This document shows, piece by piece, positions 8,886 through 17,104 of a DNA stretch of 64,000 nt (position 1 is the stretch's first letter; each line of letters opens with the position of its first letter). Made by a program: the position numbers and the translations under genes. Origin of the DNA: a virus; IMG/VR virus record IMGVR_UViG_3300029950_000012; one strand, given 5' to 3'. The notes under the pieces were generated by a model that worked only from the letters and a program-made list of their open reading frames with translations, did not search any database and was not told the origin of the DNA.

Positions 8886-8892
8886 AATAAGC

Positions 8893-8963
8893 TTTACAGG
8901 GGGTTATTAGTCCTATACTATTAACCCACTGAAACGAACAACGCAAAGCGCGGAGCAAACCAA
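8893..8963 (+). promoter_or_regulatory. early promoter + leader + conserved SD box (cassette copy b)
   Basis: TTTACA-17 nt-TACTAT, ACTGAAAC, then CAACGCAAAGCGCGGAGCAAAccaaATG. Confidence 0.65.
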
Positions 8964-9092
8964 ATGATTAAACGTGACACTCGCAAAGATACATTGTTAA
9001 TCAAAGTTGTTGATACATTCCGCGACGGTGAGTTGTTAAGTTCTACAGTTACATTTTTTGGCCTATTCACATTCAACAATAAGCGAGCTTAA
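8964..9092 (+). CDS. hypothetical small protein (42 aa, below the ORF-track cutoff)
   Basis: ATG sits at the canonical distance after the conserved SD box of cassette b (MIKRDTRKDTLLIKVVDTF...). Confidence 0.45.
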   Translation: MIKRDTRKDTLLIKVVDTFRDGELLSSTVTFFGLFTFNNKRA

Positions 9093-9095
9093 GCC

Positions 9096-9257
9096 ATGCA
9101 TACTGAATACACAACCAACCTAGTACTACAGCAGCAAGCACCTATAAAGGCCGCGTTCGTTAACCCTAACAAAGTACACAAGACCAACACACAAAAGCGC
9201 CTAGACGCCATTCTAGCCAGCGACACCACTAACCCTAACACATGGATGATAAAATAA
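9096..9257 (+). CDS. hypothetical small protein (53 aa)
   Basis: Fills the gap between 9092 and 9259 in the co-oriented string (MHTEYTTNLVLQQQ...). No clear SD. Confidence 0.3.
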   Translation: MHTEYTTNLVLQQQAPIKAAFVNPNKVHKTNTQKRLDAILASDTTNPNTWMIK

Positions 9258-9258
9258 C

Positions 9259-9504
9259 ATGGCCACTACTACACAAGAAAAGTTTGCACGCTCTCAACGT
9301 AAACGCGATAGCTTTTTTGATGCATACCTTAACGGAAACAAGATGACAGCCCATGCCATTGTTAGTGCAATGACCAAATACGAAATTTATCAATTGTGTA
9401 TGGATACATCAAACCGATTCGAAACCAACATAGAGACCGGCACAAGTTTTGAGCATGCACGTTGTCACACATTCATACAAAACGTTTTAACGGGTGATTC
9501 ATGA
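9259..9504 (+). CDS. hypothetical protein (81 aa)
   Basis: ORF in the co-oriented early string. Confidence 0.55.
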   Translation: MATTTQEKFARSQRKRDSFFDAYLNGNKMTAHAIVSAMTKYEIYQLCMDTSNRFETNIETGTSFEHARCHTFIQNVLTGDS

Positions 9505-9923
9505 GATACGTTAGCAGTGCAAGCCTATCAATCCACCATACCACCACCCGACAAGTCAAAGGCGTTCGTGTGTGCGTCAAATATACCCTACAAGAGACGT
9601 TTAACAAGATCGCTCACCATATGCTTATGCAAGGCAAGCGAAGCATGGACTATACAGGAACCGTCTGTAAGTATCGTGGGGATATGGGGCTAAAATGTGC
9701 AATTGGTACACTAGACCCTTTCAGCCTGCTAGTGGAAACCGATAGCGTTTGTGACGAATATAATTTAGAGATCCTTGCACGCCTTGGTTACCCTGTTAAC
9801 GCTAAAGCACAAGAAGTATATGAACGACTACAGTATGTGCATGATGAAGTAATGCCGCAAGATTGGAAAGCAACGCTTAAGGCACTAGCATTTATTTGGC
9901 ACCTGGAATTTATAAACCGATGA
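9501..9923 (+). CDS. hypothetical protein (140 aa)
   Basis: ATGA overlap with the upstream gene. Confidence 0.6.
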   Translation: MRYVSSASLSIHHTTTRQVKGVRVCVKYTLQETFNKIAHHMLMQGKRSMDYTGTVCKYRGDMGLKCAIGTLDPFSLLVETDSVCDEYNLEILARLGYPVNAKAQEVYERLQYVHDEVMPQDWKATLKALAFIWHLEFINR

Positions 9924-10996
9924 AACGTAGCTACGTAGAAAAGATAACCATAGTACTATCTGGTCAATACTCAAATAGTATAAAAATTGATGCCTTGCAT
10001 GAGTTAATTACATTCGTGGCCAATGAAAAAGAATCACACGCCCAGATTAAACGAGGCATAACCGCTTTAATTAAACAAATCATTATAGCATTAACCCCAC
10101 CCCCCATATTTGAAGGACGTGAAAACGTGAGTAATACAGTAGATACGCTAAACGAAATACTTAAGCAACGTACACTATCAGCCAATGAGAAAATTGACCA
10201 ATTAAGCAAAGTAGCGACCCACATTGAAACCAACGCCAATATAGACAATGACTATTCGCGAAACACTCATAGAATCGCAAAAACTGATTTAATAACCCAC
10301 ATTAAAATGCTGTTAAAAGGTAATGTACCTACAGCAACACCTCAAGGACACAAAAACGTGAGTACTACAGTAACCGCACTAAACGAGATATTAACAAGCG
10401 TAGCCAACACAAAAGAAAAGTTAGTTGCGTTGACTCAACTAAAAGCAAAGGTAGACAGTAATAAAAAAGCAGCTACAGAAATAAGAGAGGACAGCTCTAT
10501 ATTAGTACAGCAAGTATTTCAACTGCTAACAACGTTTCATGCTTTTAACATGGCTAACATCCCAACACCAAAGACACCAACAACGCGAACTACTGTAGCG
10601 CCCTTGGACTTAAGCAAAGCAGCATTCGAAGCACATTTCACAGAGCAAAAATTGATTGTAGGGGATGTTATAGAGTTAACCAGTGTTTGCAGTGCAATTA
10701 CTGACATACCTAAACACTTCTTACTAAATGGGCCTAAAGGTGATTGGTCTATGGGTCGTGGTACTGTTAAGTTTACGGGGGAGTTAATCCACCTTATAGG
10801 GGATTATGTTGTTATTGATATATCAGATAGCCTATTGGCAGGCTATCGCGTTACATGTATGAAAGTAAATGACAAAACGCGAAAGGTAGAATTCTTTCAA
10901 AGTAAAGACAGCGAGCCTTATATAAAGGACGTGTATTTAAAAGGAAGTATGAAAGTTGAAAAGAAAACCGAAATAGTATTGACGCCCCTAACCTAG
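9920..10996 (+). CDS. hypothetical protein with an internal sequence duplication
   Basis: ATGA overlap start at 9920 is preferred over 9896. Two blocks share ...NVS(N/T)TV(D/T)(T/A)LNEIL.... Confidence 0.6.
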   Translation: MKRSYVEKITIVLSGQYSNSIKIDALHELITFVANEKESHAQIKRGITALIKQIIIALTPPPIFEGRENVSNTVDTLNEILKQRTLSANEKIDQLSKVATHIETNANIDNDYSRNTHRIAKTDLITHIKMLLKGNVPTATPQGHKNVSTTVTALNEILTSVANTKEKLVALTQLKAKVDSNKKAATEIREDSSILVQQVFQLLTTFHAFNMANIPTPKTPTTRTTVAPLDLSKAAFEAHFTEQKLIVGDVIELTSVCSAITDIPKHFLLNGPKGDWSMGRGTVKFTGELIHLIGDYVVIDISDSLLAGYRVTCMKVNDKTRKVEFFQSKDSEPYIKDVYLKGSMKVEKKTEIVLTPLT

Positions 10997-11051
10997 TACT
11001 ATACTATTAACGGACTGAAACAAATAACCAACGCATAGCGGAGCAAACCAC
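10979..11051 (+). promoter_or_regulatory. early promoter + leader + conserved SD box (cassette copy c)
   Basis: TTGACG-17 nt-TACTAT, ACTGAAAC, then CCAACGCATAGCGGAGCAAAccacATG. Confidence 0.65.
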
Positions 11052-11246
11052 ATGGCTAGTATCATTAAGCAAATAAATCTTATCAAATTCTCAACTATGG
11101 AGGCAGGCGAAAAAATCGTTAGCCTTCACAATGTTTTAAACACAATTAATATCGAGAAAATGGGTACTGATAACGCGGCTAAATTTGAAAGTTTATGTGG
11201 TATCGCTTCACTCGCTAAAAAATGTATTCGGGAGCTGTCACAATGA
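11052..11246 (+). CDS. hypothetical protein (64 aa)
   Basis: Starts after the conserved leader. Confidence 0.6.
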   Translation: MASIIKQINLIKFSTMEAGEKIVSLHNVLNTINIEKMGTDNAAKFESLCGIASLAKKCIRELSQ

Positions 11247-11638
11247 GCCAACGTAGAGAGATTTTGGTTCCTATGAAAAAGCCCACTAAAAAGTTTAAGG
11301 CTAACTATAAGCAACAATTGGACGATGGTATATTTGAGAAAATCGGTGACTTGCATTATAAAAAAGTATTTGGAAAGGTAGCCATTTTTAATATTGATGC
11401 GCCGAAAGTTGTTAAGTTCTTTTTACAAGAAAATGATAATGAAGAGGTGTTTCTGCTACACTTCGCAAGTGGTGCAAAGATTTGCAGCCTAACACCAACA
11501 AAGCTTAAGTATTGCCGTTCGTATGTGTCCATGAAAGACCGCACAGCCGCGAAGCTTGCAATATTCGATATAATCAACAGGGTAGGACTTGAAAAGGTGC
11601 TACAACAATTTGACAGCTTACCAGTGGTGAACACATGA
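11243..11638 (+). CDS. hypothetical protein (131 aa)
   Basis: ATGA overlap start (MSQRREILVP...) preferred over 11222. Confidence 0.6.
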   Translation: MSQRREILVPMKKPTKKFKANYKQQLDDGIFEKIGDLHYKKVFGKVAIFNIDAPKVVKFFLQENDNEEVFLLHFASGAKICSLTPTKLKYCRSYVSMKDRTAAKLAIFDIINRVGLEKVLQQFDSLPVVNT

Positions 11639-11763
11639 CCGAAGAGGAGATAAAAACCGCACAGGATTGGTATGTAAACAAAGGTTATGACCTTATTACC
11701 ATAGCGCAACATTTTGATGTATCAGTATGGTTTCTAAAATCCAAAATTAGAAAAGGTGTTTGA
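11635..11763 (+). CDS. hypothetical small protein (42 aa), possible helix-turn-helix
   Basis: ATGA overlap with the upstream gene. ITIAQHFDVSVWFLKSKIRK looks HTH-like. Confidence 0.4.
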   Translation: MTEEEIKTAQDWYVNKGYDLITIAQHFDVSVWFLKSKIRKGV

Positions 11764-11765
11764 AT

Positions 11766-11885
11766 ATGAACGTCGAACTAATTGCACAAATGTTTTTTGT
11801 TCTAGCAATAGCGCCCGGTTTAGTTGGCGGGTTAATTCACATAGCAATTAAAGTTAAGGCAGGCCAATGCTTAAGAAGTTTCTAA
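11766..11885 (+). CDS. hypothetical small membrane protein (39 aa)
   Basis: One hydrophobic span, MFFVLAIAPGLVGGLIHIAI. Short, so confidence is low. Confidence 0.3.
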   Translation: MNVELIAQMFFVLAIAPGLVGGLIHIAIKVKAGQCLRSF

Positions 11886-12133
11886 GTATATTTAAAATAA
11901 AGCACGTTGAAAAGTGGGCGCAAGTATTAACAGATTTATTCTATTGCGTTTATGTCATTGCGTTTGTTCGAATAGGAATGAATGCTATTGACTACTTTAG
12001 TACCACTGGACACGAACACCCCTTCTTATTTATCATTGGCGTACTGTTCACACTAACAGTTACAGCGGTGGGTTCTAAGCTTTTAGAATTAGGTTCTGTT
12101 TTCACAATTAGAAAGATCATAAAAGTAGTATAG
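11867..12133 (+). CDS. hypothetical membrane protein (88 aa)
   Basis: Two hydrophobic segments (LFYCVYVIAFVRIG, FLFIIGVLFTLTVTAVG). Confidence 0.5.
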   Translation: MLKKFLSIFKIKHVEKWAQVLTDLFYCVYVIAFVRIGMNAIDYFSTTGHEHPFLFIIGVLFTLTVTAVGSKLLELGSVFTIRKIIKVV

Positions 12134-12145
12134 TATCTACTTGCA

Positions 12146-12176
12146 ATAGGGGAATAGTAGTGTATTATTCCCCTAT
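12146..12176 (+). other. 10-bp perfect hairpin after gene 11867-12133
   Basis: ATAGGGGAAT-(11 nt)-ATTCCCCTAT read directly. No T-run follows. Confidence 0.4.
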
Positions 12177-12252
12177 CACTCTGATAAAGGGAGGCGAGGA
12201 GGTGCCTGCTATTTGAGCAACTAAATTAATTCAATTCTTTTTATCAATTCGC

Positions 12253-12332
12253 TTGTGTTAGTCCTATAGTCTGTTAATATTACCACATCGAAACAAAACA
12301 ACGTACCAACGCATAGCGGAGCAAAAAATACC
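12253..12332 (+). promoter_or_regulatory. early promoter + leader + conserved SD box (cassette copy d)
   Basis: TTGTGT-16 nt-TAATAT, ATCGAAAC, then CCAACGCATAGCGGAGCAAAaaataccATG. Confidence 0.6.
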
Positions 12333-13253
12333 ATGGCTAAGAAATCATTTGTTAAAAAAGATGTTTACCAAGAAGTTACCAACAAGATCATTGCGAAACT
12401 CGAAGCTGGAACCGTTCCATGGGTTAAAGAGTGGGACAACCAAGGCAACAATCTTTCAAAACCCCTACCTTACAATTTCGACTCCGGCAACATGTACAGT
12501 GGAATGAATATTTTATCATTGTGGATGAGTGAGGAAGAGAACCAATTTACTTCCAATGCCTGGATGACATTCGCACAAGCCAAGAAGAAAGGCGGCAACA
12601 TAATCAAAGGGCAAAAGGGAACGTCTCTATTCTTTTTTAAGTTTGTCGAGAAGGTTTGCGCGGACACTGGGACAGATAAGTCCTACGCAATGCCTAAGCC
12701 CTTCACAGTGTTTAACCTAGACCAGATTGAAGGTATCGAGTTGCCAACGTGTGAGGAGCAACCACAGCCCCATAATGGGCCAATTAATACTGGCGTGTTA
12801 CTCTCTTACATGATCGATCAAGGCATTAAGCTAACAGACGGCAAAAACACTGCTTACTACTCCCCAACTGTTGACCGCATAGGAATGCCACCCCGCGAAC
12901 AGTTCCACAGCGAGAGCGCCTATTTTGGGACTCTGGCGCATGAATGCATACACTCGACTGGACACAAGAAGCGTCTAGACCGATTCAGCAACATAACCGA
13001 CATACTTGACACCGTACCAAGCCCTAAGAAAGAATATGCATTTGAGGAATTGATTGCAGAACTAGGCGCGGCTTTCCTTTGTGCTGAAACCGGAATACAA
13101 AAAGACAATGAACAGACAGCCGCATATATTGGCCACTGGTTAAAGTGTCTTAAGTCCGATAAGAAGTTTATTGCACAAGCCGCAAGCCGTGCATCAAAGG
13201 CGACTAAGTATATAAACGAAGCCGCAGAAATTAAACTAGAAAAGGCCGCATAA
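12333..13253 (+). CDS. ardC: ArdC-like antirestriction protein (ssDNA-binding N-domain + zincin metalloprotease)
   Basis: 306 aa. The N-terminal VPW...PYN..SG..YSG.N.L pattern matches ArdC-N/DUF1738. The C-terminal HECIHSTGH...RLDR is an HExxH zincin as in ArdC. Confidence 0.8.
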   Translation: MAKKSFVKKDVYQEVTNKIIAKLEAGTVPWVKEWDNQGNNLSKPLPYNFDSGNMYSGMNILSLWMSEEENQFTSNAWMTFAQAKKKGGNIIKGQKGTSLFFFKFVEKVCADTGTDKSYAMPKPFTVFNLDQIEGIELPTCEEQPQPHNGPINTGVLLSYMIDQGIKLTDGKNTAYYSPTVDRIGMPPREQFHSESAYFGTLAHECIHSTGHKKRLDRFSNITDILDTVPSPKKEYAFEELIAELGAAFLCAETGIQKDNEQTAAYIGHWLKCLKSDKKFIAQAASRASKATKYINEAAEIKLEKAA

Positions 13254-13498
13254 TGGCAAACCAGAACCAAGCAGCAAAGGAAAGATACAAGGCGCAGTTT
13301 GTCGCCTTGTACGGGGGAGGGTTTGAAATTATGACCCGCCAGCAAAAACACCACGAATGGGAGAGCGCAATGAACATGCGACGGTCGTTAGGTGTAAAAA
13401 CGTGGGTTAGCCCCTACAAGCCAATTAGAGCTAAACCGAATCATAACAAGTTTGGGCCTAGCACTCTTCCACTCTCTCGCCTCCCATTATCAAGGTGA
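13253..13498 (+). CDS. hypothetical protein (81 aa)
   Basis: TAATG junction with ardC. Confidence 0.5.
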   Translation: MANQNQAAKERYKAQFVALYGGGFEIMTRQQKHHEWESAMNMRRSLGVKTWVSPYKPIRAKPNHNKFGPSTLPLSRLPLSR

Positions 13499-13541
13499 TA
13501 GGGTTAATATACTGTAGTACTTTTAATAGGTCAAGTACAAA

Positions 13542-13745
13542 ATGGATATGATTGTATTGTTTGTTTCAGGGAATGAAGGTATTGGTAGCGACTATGCAAT
13601 CATTCCGTCAAATAAATTTGAGTTACAAGACGCAGCTAAAAAACTACGCGCTGATATGAGCGTTCGAAAATTCGAGCAGGTAAATTATTTTAATCTGCCT
13701 GGGCGTGTATCTGAAATTAAATATAGTAAATGGTTAACGTTATGA
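13542..13745 (+). CDS. hypothetical protein (67 aa)
   Basis: ORF in the early string. Confidence 0.5.
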   Translation: MDMIVLFVSGNEGIGSDYAIIPSNKFELQDAAKKLRADMSVRKFEQVNYFNLPGRVSEIKYSKWLTL

Positions 13746-13954
13746 GTGGCCCTTTAAAGTTTATTAGTATTAGGGTAATAGGAAAGCGAAGGGGCGTAGA
13801 TCTTGTAGTGTTTCCAAATATAGGCAGCTCTATAAAATTGCATGGTGTCCTTAATAGCGGTGATAGCTTTCGCCCTGAAACAATAGCGGATTGTGACGCC
13901 TTAATTGAACAGATAACCCGGATAAAAGAGGAGCTAAAGAAATGCGAAAATTAA
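13742..13954 (+). CDS. hypothetical protein (70 aa)
   Basis: ATGA overlap start preferred over 13730. Confidence 0.5.
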   Translation: MSGPLKFISIRVIGKRRGVDLVVFPNIGSSIKLHGVLNSGDSFRPETIADCDALIEQITRIKEELKKCEN

Positions 13955-14247
13955 GAGCGGCAGGAATGCCACTACATGGGCGTAGTAGTGTAAGCCAAAT
14001 GCTAGTATCTATTCGTGATGGCGAAGTTAGCGAGATAACCGCAAAGGCTTGGATTAAAAACAGTATTACTTATAGGGCAAAGTCCATGCCCGCACGTATG
14101 GCCAAACGTACTGCTATTATTGTAGGTTGTGCCACTACGTTAGACGATGGCTTTGTATTGGACTTGATTTGCCTCGTACTAGATCAGATGGAAAGCGCGG
14201 AAGTAAAAACCCTGAATCGTAAAAAAGTTAAGGAGGTGTTGAAATGA
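13942..14247 (+). CDS. hypothetical protein (101 aa)
   Basis: ORF in the early string. Confidence 0.5.
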   Translation: MRKLRAAGMPLHGRSSVSQMLVSIRDGEVSEITAKAWIKNSITYRAKSMPARMAKRTAIIVGCATTLDDGFVLDLICLVLDQMESAEVKTLNRKKVKEVLK

Positions 14248-14543
14248 GCATAAAAAGCCGAAATGCAGTGATAACCAAGATACTATATGAGTGTCAATTT
14301 AACGTAGGCAAGGCAAAATTTGTAAATGTACAGCGTTGCAGGTCTCCCTTCCAATTCTTTGCAACTGCTAAGTATGGCAGAGAAGGGCAAAAATTAGATA
14401 AGCCTCGTGTTATGCTTTTCACTGTAGAGATAACCAATATAGTCGGAAGGTCTAACGATATTGTAAAAAGTGTATTGGTATTCGAACGACACGAAAAGGT
14501 AAACTTTGATAATGACGACAACACGAACAGCGCTAATACTTAA
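14244..14543 (+). CDS. hypothetical protein (99 aa)
   Basis: ATGA overlap with the upstream gene. Confidence 0.5.
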   Translation: MSIKSRNAVITKILYECQFNVGKAKFVNVQRCRSPFQFFATAKYGREGQKLDKPRVMLFTVEITNIVGRSNDIVKSVLVFERHEKVNFDNDDNTNSANT

Positions 14544-14703
14544 CCTAGAAGCCATTATAAAACTATACGAGTTTCCGCCAGGGGGAAGTGGTTCTGTTAC
14601 TATTAGTTTACACACCATGCAAGAGATAATCGAGGTTTTGAAATTCGATGAGCATAATCAGCAAAGAACTACGAAAGAAGAAACAAAAAAGCCTTGTACG
14701 TAG
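14506..14703 (+). CDS. hypothetical protein (65 aa)
   Basis: ORF overlaps both neighbours, so the boundaries are uncertain. Confidence 0.35.
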   Translation: MIMTTTRTALILNLEAIIKLYEFPPGGSGSVTISLHTMQEIIEVLKFDEHNQQRTTKEETKKPCT

Positions 14704-14845
14704 ATGTAGAAGGCTAAAATCCAGAGTCTTGATACTTGAGGATGTTGTGAAAAATCAAAAAATTACAATCGCCAGGTTAGAAGAGGAAGCGCTACAAATA
14801 GAGTATGATAGTATTGATGACTTCAACGCTAGAACTGTGTTTTGA
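14648..14845 (+). CDS. hypothetical basic coiled-coil protein (65 aa)
   Basis: RRCRRLKSRVLILEDVVKNQKITIARLEEEA heptad-like segment. Confidence 0.4.
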   Translation: MSIISKELRKKKQKSLVRRCRRLKSRVLILEDVVKNQKITIARLEEEALQIEYDSIDDFNARTVF

Positions 14846-14865
14846 AAGCCAAAAAGCGCACCCCA

Positions 14866-15021
14866 ATGGTAAAGCTTAAGGCTAAACTAAAACGCCGTGA
14901 ACGTAGGATAAGCGACCTTAAATACAGAATATCCAGAGTAAAGGTAGTACTAGAAAAAGCTGAAAGGAGGGCGCAAGACTGGCAAAATGAACATGATATA
15001 AAAATGGGTTATTGGCGATGA
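14866..15021 (+). CDS. hypothetical basic coiled-coil protein (51 aa, below the ORF-track cutoff)
   Basis: MVKLKAKLKRRERRISDLKYRISRVKVVLEKAERRA resembles the preceding ORF. It ends in an ATGA overlap with the next gene. Confidence 0.35.
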   Translation: MVKLKAKLKRRERRISDLKYRISRVKVVLEKAERRAQDWQNEHDIKMGYWR

Positions 15022-15323
15022 GTAAAAAAGAGAAGATAAAACAACGCCGTTCACAAATGCTAGTACACTCTTATATCTATTATCAATTGAATCAGAGTGT
15101 GGTTACAGATGACACTTGGCAACGATGGGCCAATGAACTAGTCAAGTTGCAAAAGTCTAGACGTGGGCCGGTTAAGATCAATTGGTATGACGAAGCGTTT
15201 GCAGACTGGGACGGCTCAACGGGTTGTCACTTGCCTAAGGACTTTTGGGTTCATTCAATTGCAACAAGACTATTGACACAACTTGCACCACCTAAACTTA
15301 AACGACGGAGACGGAAAAAATGA
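15018..15323 (+). CDS. hypothetical protein (101 aa)
   Basis: ATGA-coupled start preferred over the TTG at 15012. Confidence 0.55.
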   Translation: MSKKEKIKQRRSQMLVHSYIYYQLNQSVVTDDTWQRWANELVKLQKSRRGPVKINWYDEAFADWDGSTGCHLPKDFWVHSIATRLLTQLAPPKLKRRRRKK

Positions 15324-15586
15324 ATATTGAACCAATAATGATATTGTTAGCAAAGTCTTATATAGTAATTGCGGTTTTGCTTTTCGTAGGGTTCCATTGT
15401 AAGAACTTAAGAAAATCAAAAAGAAGTTACATTGCACAGCAGATTAAGCGCGGAAATACAAAGGCAGTAAACCAAGTACTCGCACGACCATCAACATTTT
15501 ATGTCGCGTATACCTTTTTTGCATTAACTGTATCAATGATATGGCTATTTCGTGCAAACTTAGTAAATCAGTTATTGAAATTTTAA
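15320..15586 (+). CDS. hypothetical membrane protein (88 aa)
   Basis: ATGA overlap. Two hydrophobic spans. Confidence 0.55.
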   Translation: MNIEPIMILLAKSYIVIAVLLFVGFHCKNLRKSKRSYIAQQIKRGNTKAVNQVLARPSTFYVAYTFFALTVSMIWLFRANLVNQLLKF

Positions 15587-15641
15587 TTAATAGTAGTATA
15601 GTAGTTACAACTTCAACGCAAACAGCGGAGCAAAAAATATT
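15575..15641 (+). promoter_or_regulatory. early promoter + short leader + conserved SD box (cassette copy e)
   Basis: TTGAAA-16 nt-TATAGT, then CAACGCAAACAGCGGAGCAAAaaatattATG. Confidence 0.55.
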
Positions 15642-16082
15642 ATGTCAGGTATCAGACAGTTAGTTAATATCACTTTCACAGCAAAGACCGGATTATCCCA
15701 TACTGAGTACACAAGCGGAACCACTGCACAAATTCTGTATTACTGTGAAAATATAAATCAATCCTTTGCATCCACTTCTGAATATGAAGTTATTGGAACC
15801 GACCATGAGGACTACAACAAAATAACACAAGCCGAAGTTTGCATATTGGATAGTGAGCCCCCAAAGCATGACATTCCAGATGAACAGTCACGAGTACAGT
15901 TAACGCACCTTAGTGGGCGCACAAGTAGTATAGTAATACCAAACCTAGAAAGGTCTAAGTATCTAACGGTTTCGGGTTCTATGCCACACCATTCACAGTT
16001 TTTGCCTAAGTCTAATAAAGACTGTCAAACACTTATTGATTTTCTAGAACATGTTAAAAATACTTTGCCAGTAGGTGTCTAA
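15642..16082 (+). CDS. hypothetical protein (146 aa)
   Basis: Starts after the conserved leader. Confidence 0.6.
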   Translation: MSGIRQLVNITFTAKTGLSHTEYTSGTTAQILYYCENINQSFASTSEYEVIGTDHEDYNKITQAEVCILDSEPPKHDIPDEQSRVQLTHLSGRTSSIVIPNLERSKYLTVSGSMPHHSQFLPKSNKDCQTLIDFLEHVKNTLPVGV

Positions 16083-16339
16083 TGAGCGGTAGAAGAAAGA
16101 ATCCACATGTTAGCGGTAGAAGTATGCTACATGCAAAATCTGGTTTAATGCTTCACGAGGTATGGAAGGTTAAGGCGGACGGTAGCTTAGGTAACCACCC
16201 ACAGTTCTACGTTTTGTTCTGTAGTGATCAAGGCCACGACCACAGCGGCTTAAACGTCGGAGACCTGTACAGCAGAGGCACCGGCACAACGGCAACAGTT
16301 AATAATAATTTTGTAGAGGTGAAAGGAAATGTTCGGTAA
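16082..16339 (+). CDS. hypothetical protein (85 aa)
   Basis: TAATG junction. Confidence 0.55.
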   Translation: MSGRRKNPHVSGRSMLHAKSGLMLHEVWKVKADGSLGNHPQFYVLFCSDQGHDHSGLNVGDLYSRGTGTTATVNNNFVEVKGNVR

Positions 16340-16709
16340 GGATAAAAGCCATATACCCGCAGCAAGAGACAGCTATGGGAGAATGATACAGAATAATTTT
16401 AGGGGTCACCCCAAGGCAAAGATAGGTCATCCCGACGTTTACCGAATCATGCCGTCAAAAGATGGGGGCTTTCGTATGATGATGAATGAGCAAGTCCCAA
16501 GCCGAATGGGTGTACAAGCAGAAACAGAATGCAAAGTTATCTGGTTTACTGGGGATGAGTTCGCGCATTTAGTAGAACACGCTAAGCCCTATATGGAGGT
16601 ACACGCGGCTAAACGCAAGAAAGCCGACGCCATACTAGCCAAAGCCATGGAACACGTCTCCCCTGAAGATCTGGAGCTTCTAAAAGAACTTGGACATAAC
16701 ATCTCATGA
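16329..16709 (+). CDS. hypothetical protein (126 aa)
   Basis: ORF in the early string. Confidence 0.55.
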   Translation: MFGKDKSHIPAARDSYGRMIQNNFRGHPKAKIGHPDVYRIMPSKDGGFRMMMNEQVPSRMGVQAETECKVIWFTGDEFAHLVEHAKPYMEVHAAKRKKADAILAKAMEHVSPEDLELLKELGHNIS

Positions 16710-17041
16710 AACAAAATATAAAAAATTTCTTAGCCTTAAAAGTAGATGACTTAAATTTTCGTGATATGCTTGGCGTATTAAAATTAGATCAAGGTATTAC
16801 GTTAAAAATAGTAAATGGCTGTGTGTGGCTAAATGGATGTACAGAGGATGTACAGTTAAGACCTAATGAGGTTATGGTTCTTTGGCACGTAACCAACCAT
16901 ATTAAGTGGTCGAAGGATGAGAGCGACCGAAAAGCACAGATACTAAAAAGCCTGATAGATGACATCGAAGCATGGGACGAAGAAGAGCAGGAACTTTTAG
17001 AACAACATTACAAAGAAAAGTATTGTAATACTAAGTTATAG
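16706..17041 (+). CDS. hypothetical protein (111 aa)
   Basis: ATGA overlap. Confidence 0.55.
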   Translation: MKQNIKNFLALKVDDLNFRDMLGVLKLDQGITLKIVNGCVWLNGCTEDVQLRPNEVMVLWHVTNHIKWSKDESDRKAQILKSLIDDIEAWDEEEQELLEQHYKEKYCNTKL

Positions 17042-17104
17042 TGTTATAGTAACCCCACTGAAACGAAACACACATTGTACCAACGCAACGCGGAGCAAAT
17101 CAAC
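17023..17104 (+). promoter_or_regulatory. early promoter + leader + conserved SD box (cassette copy f)
   Basis: TTGTAA-16 nt-TATAGT, ACTGAAAC, then CCAACGCAACGCGGAGCAAAtcaacATG. Confidence 0.6.
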
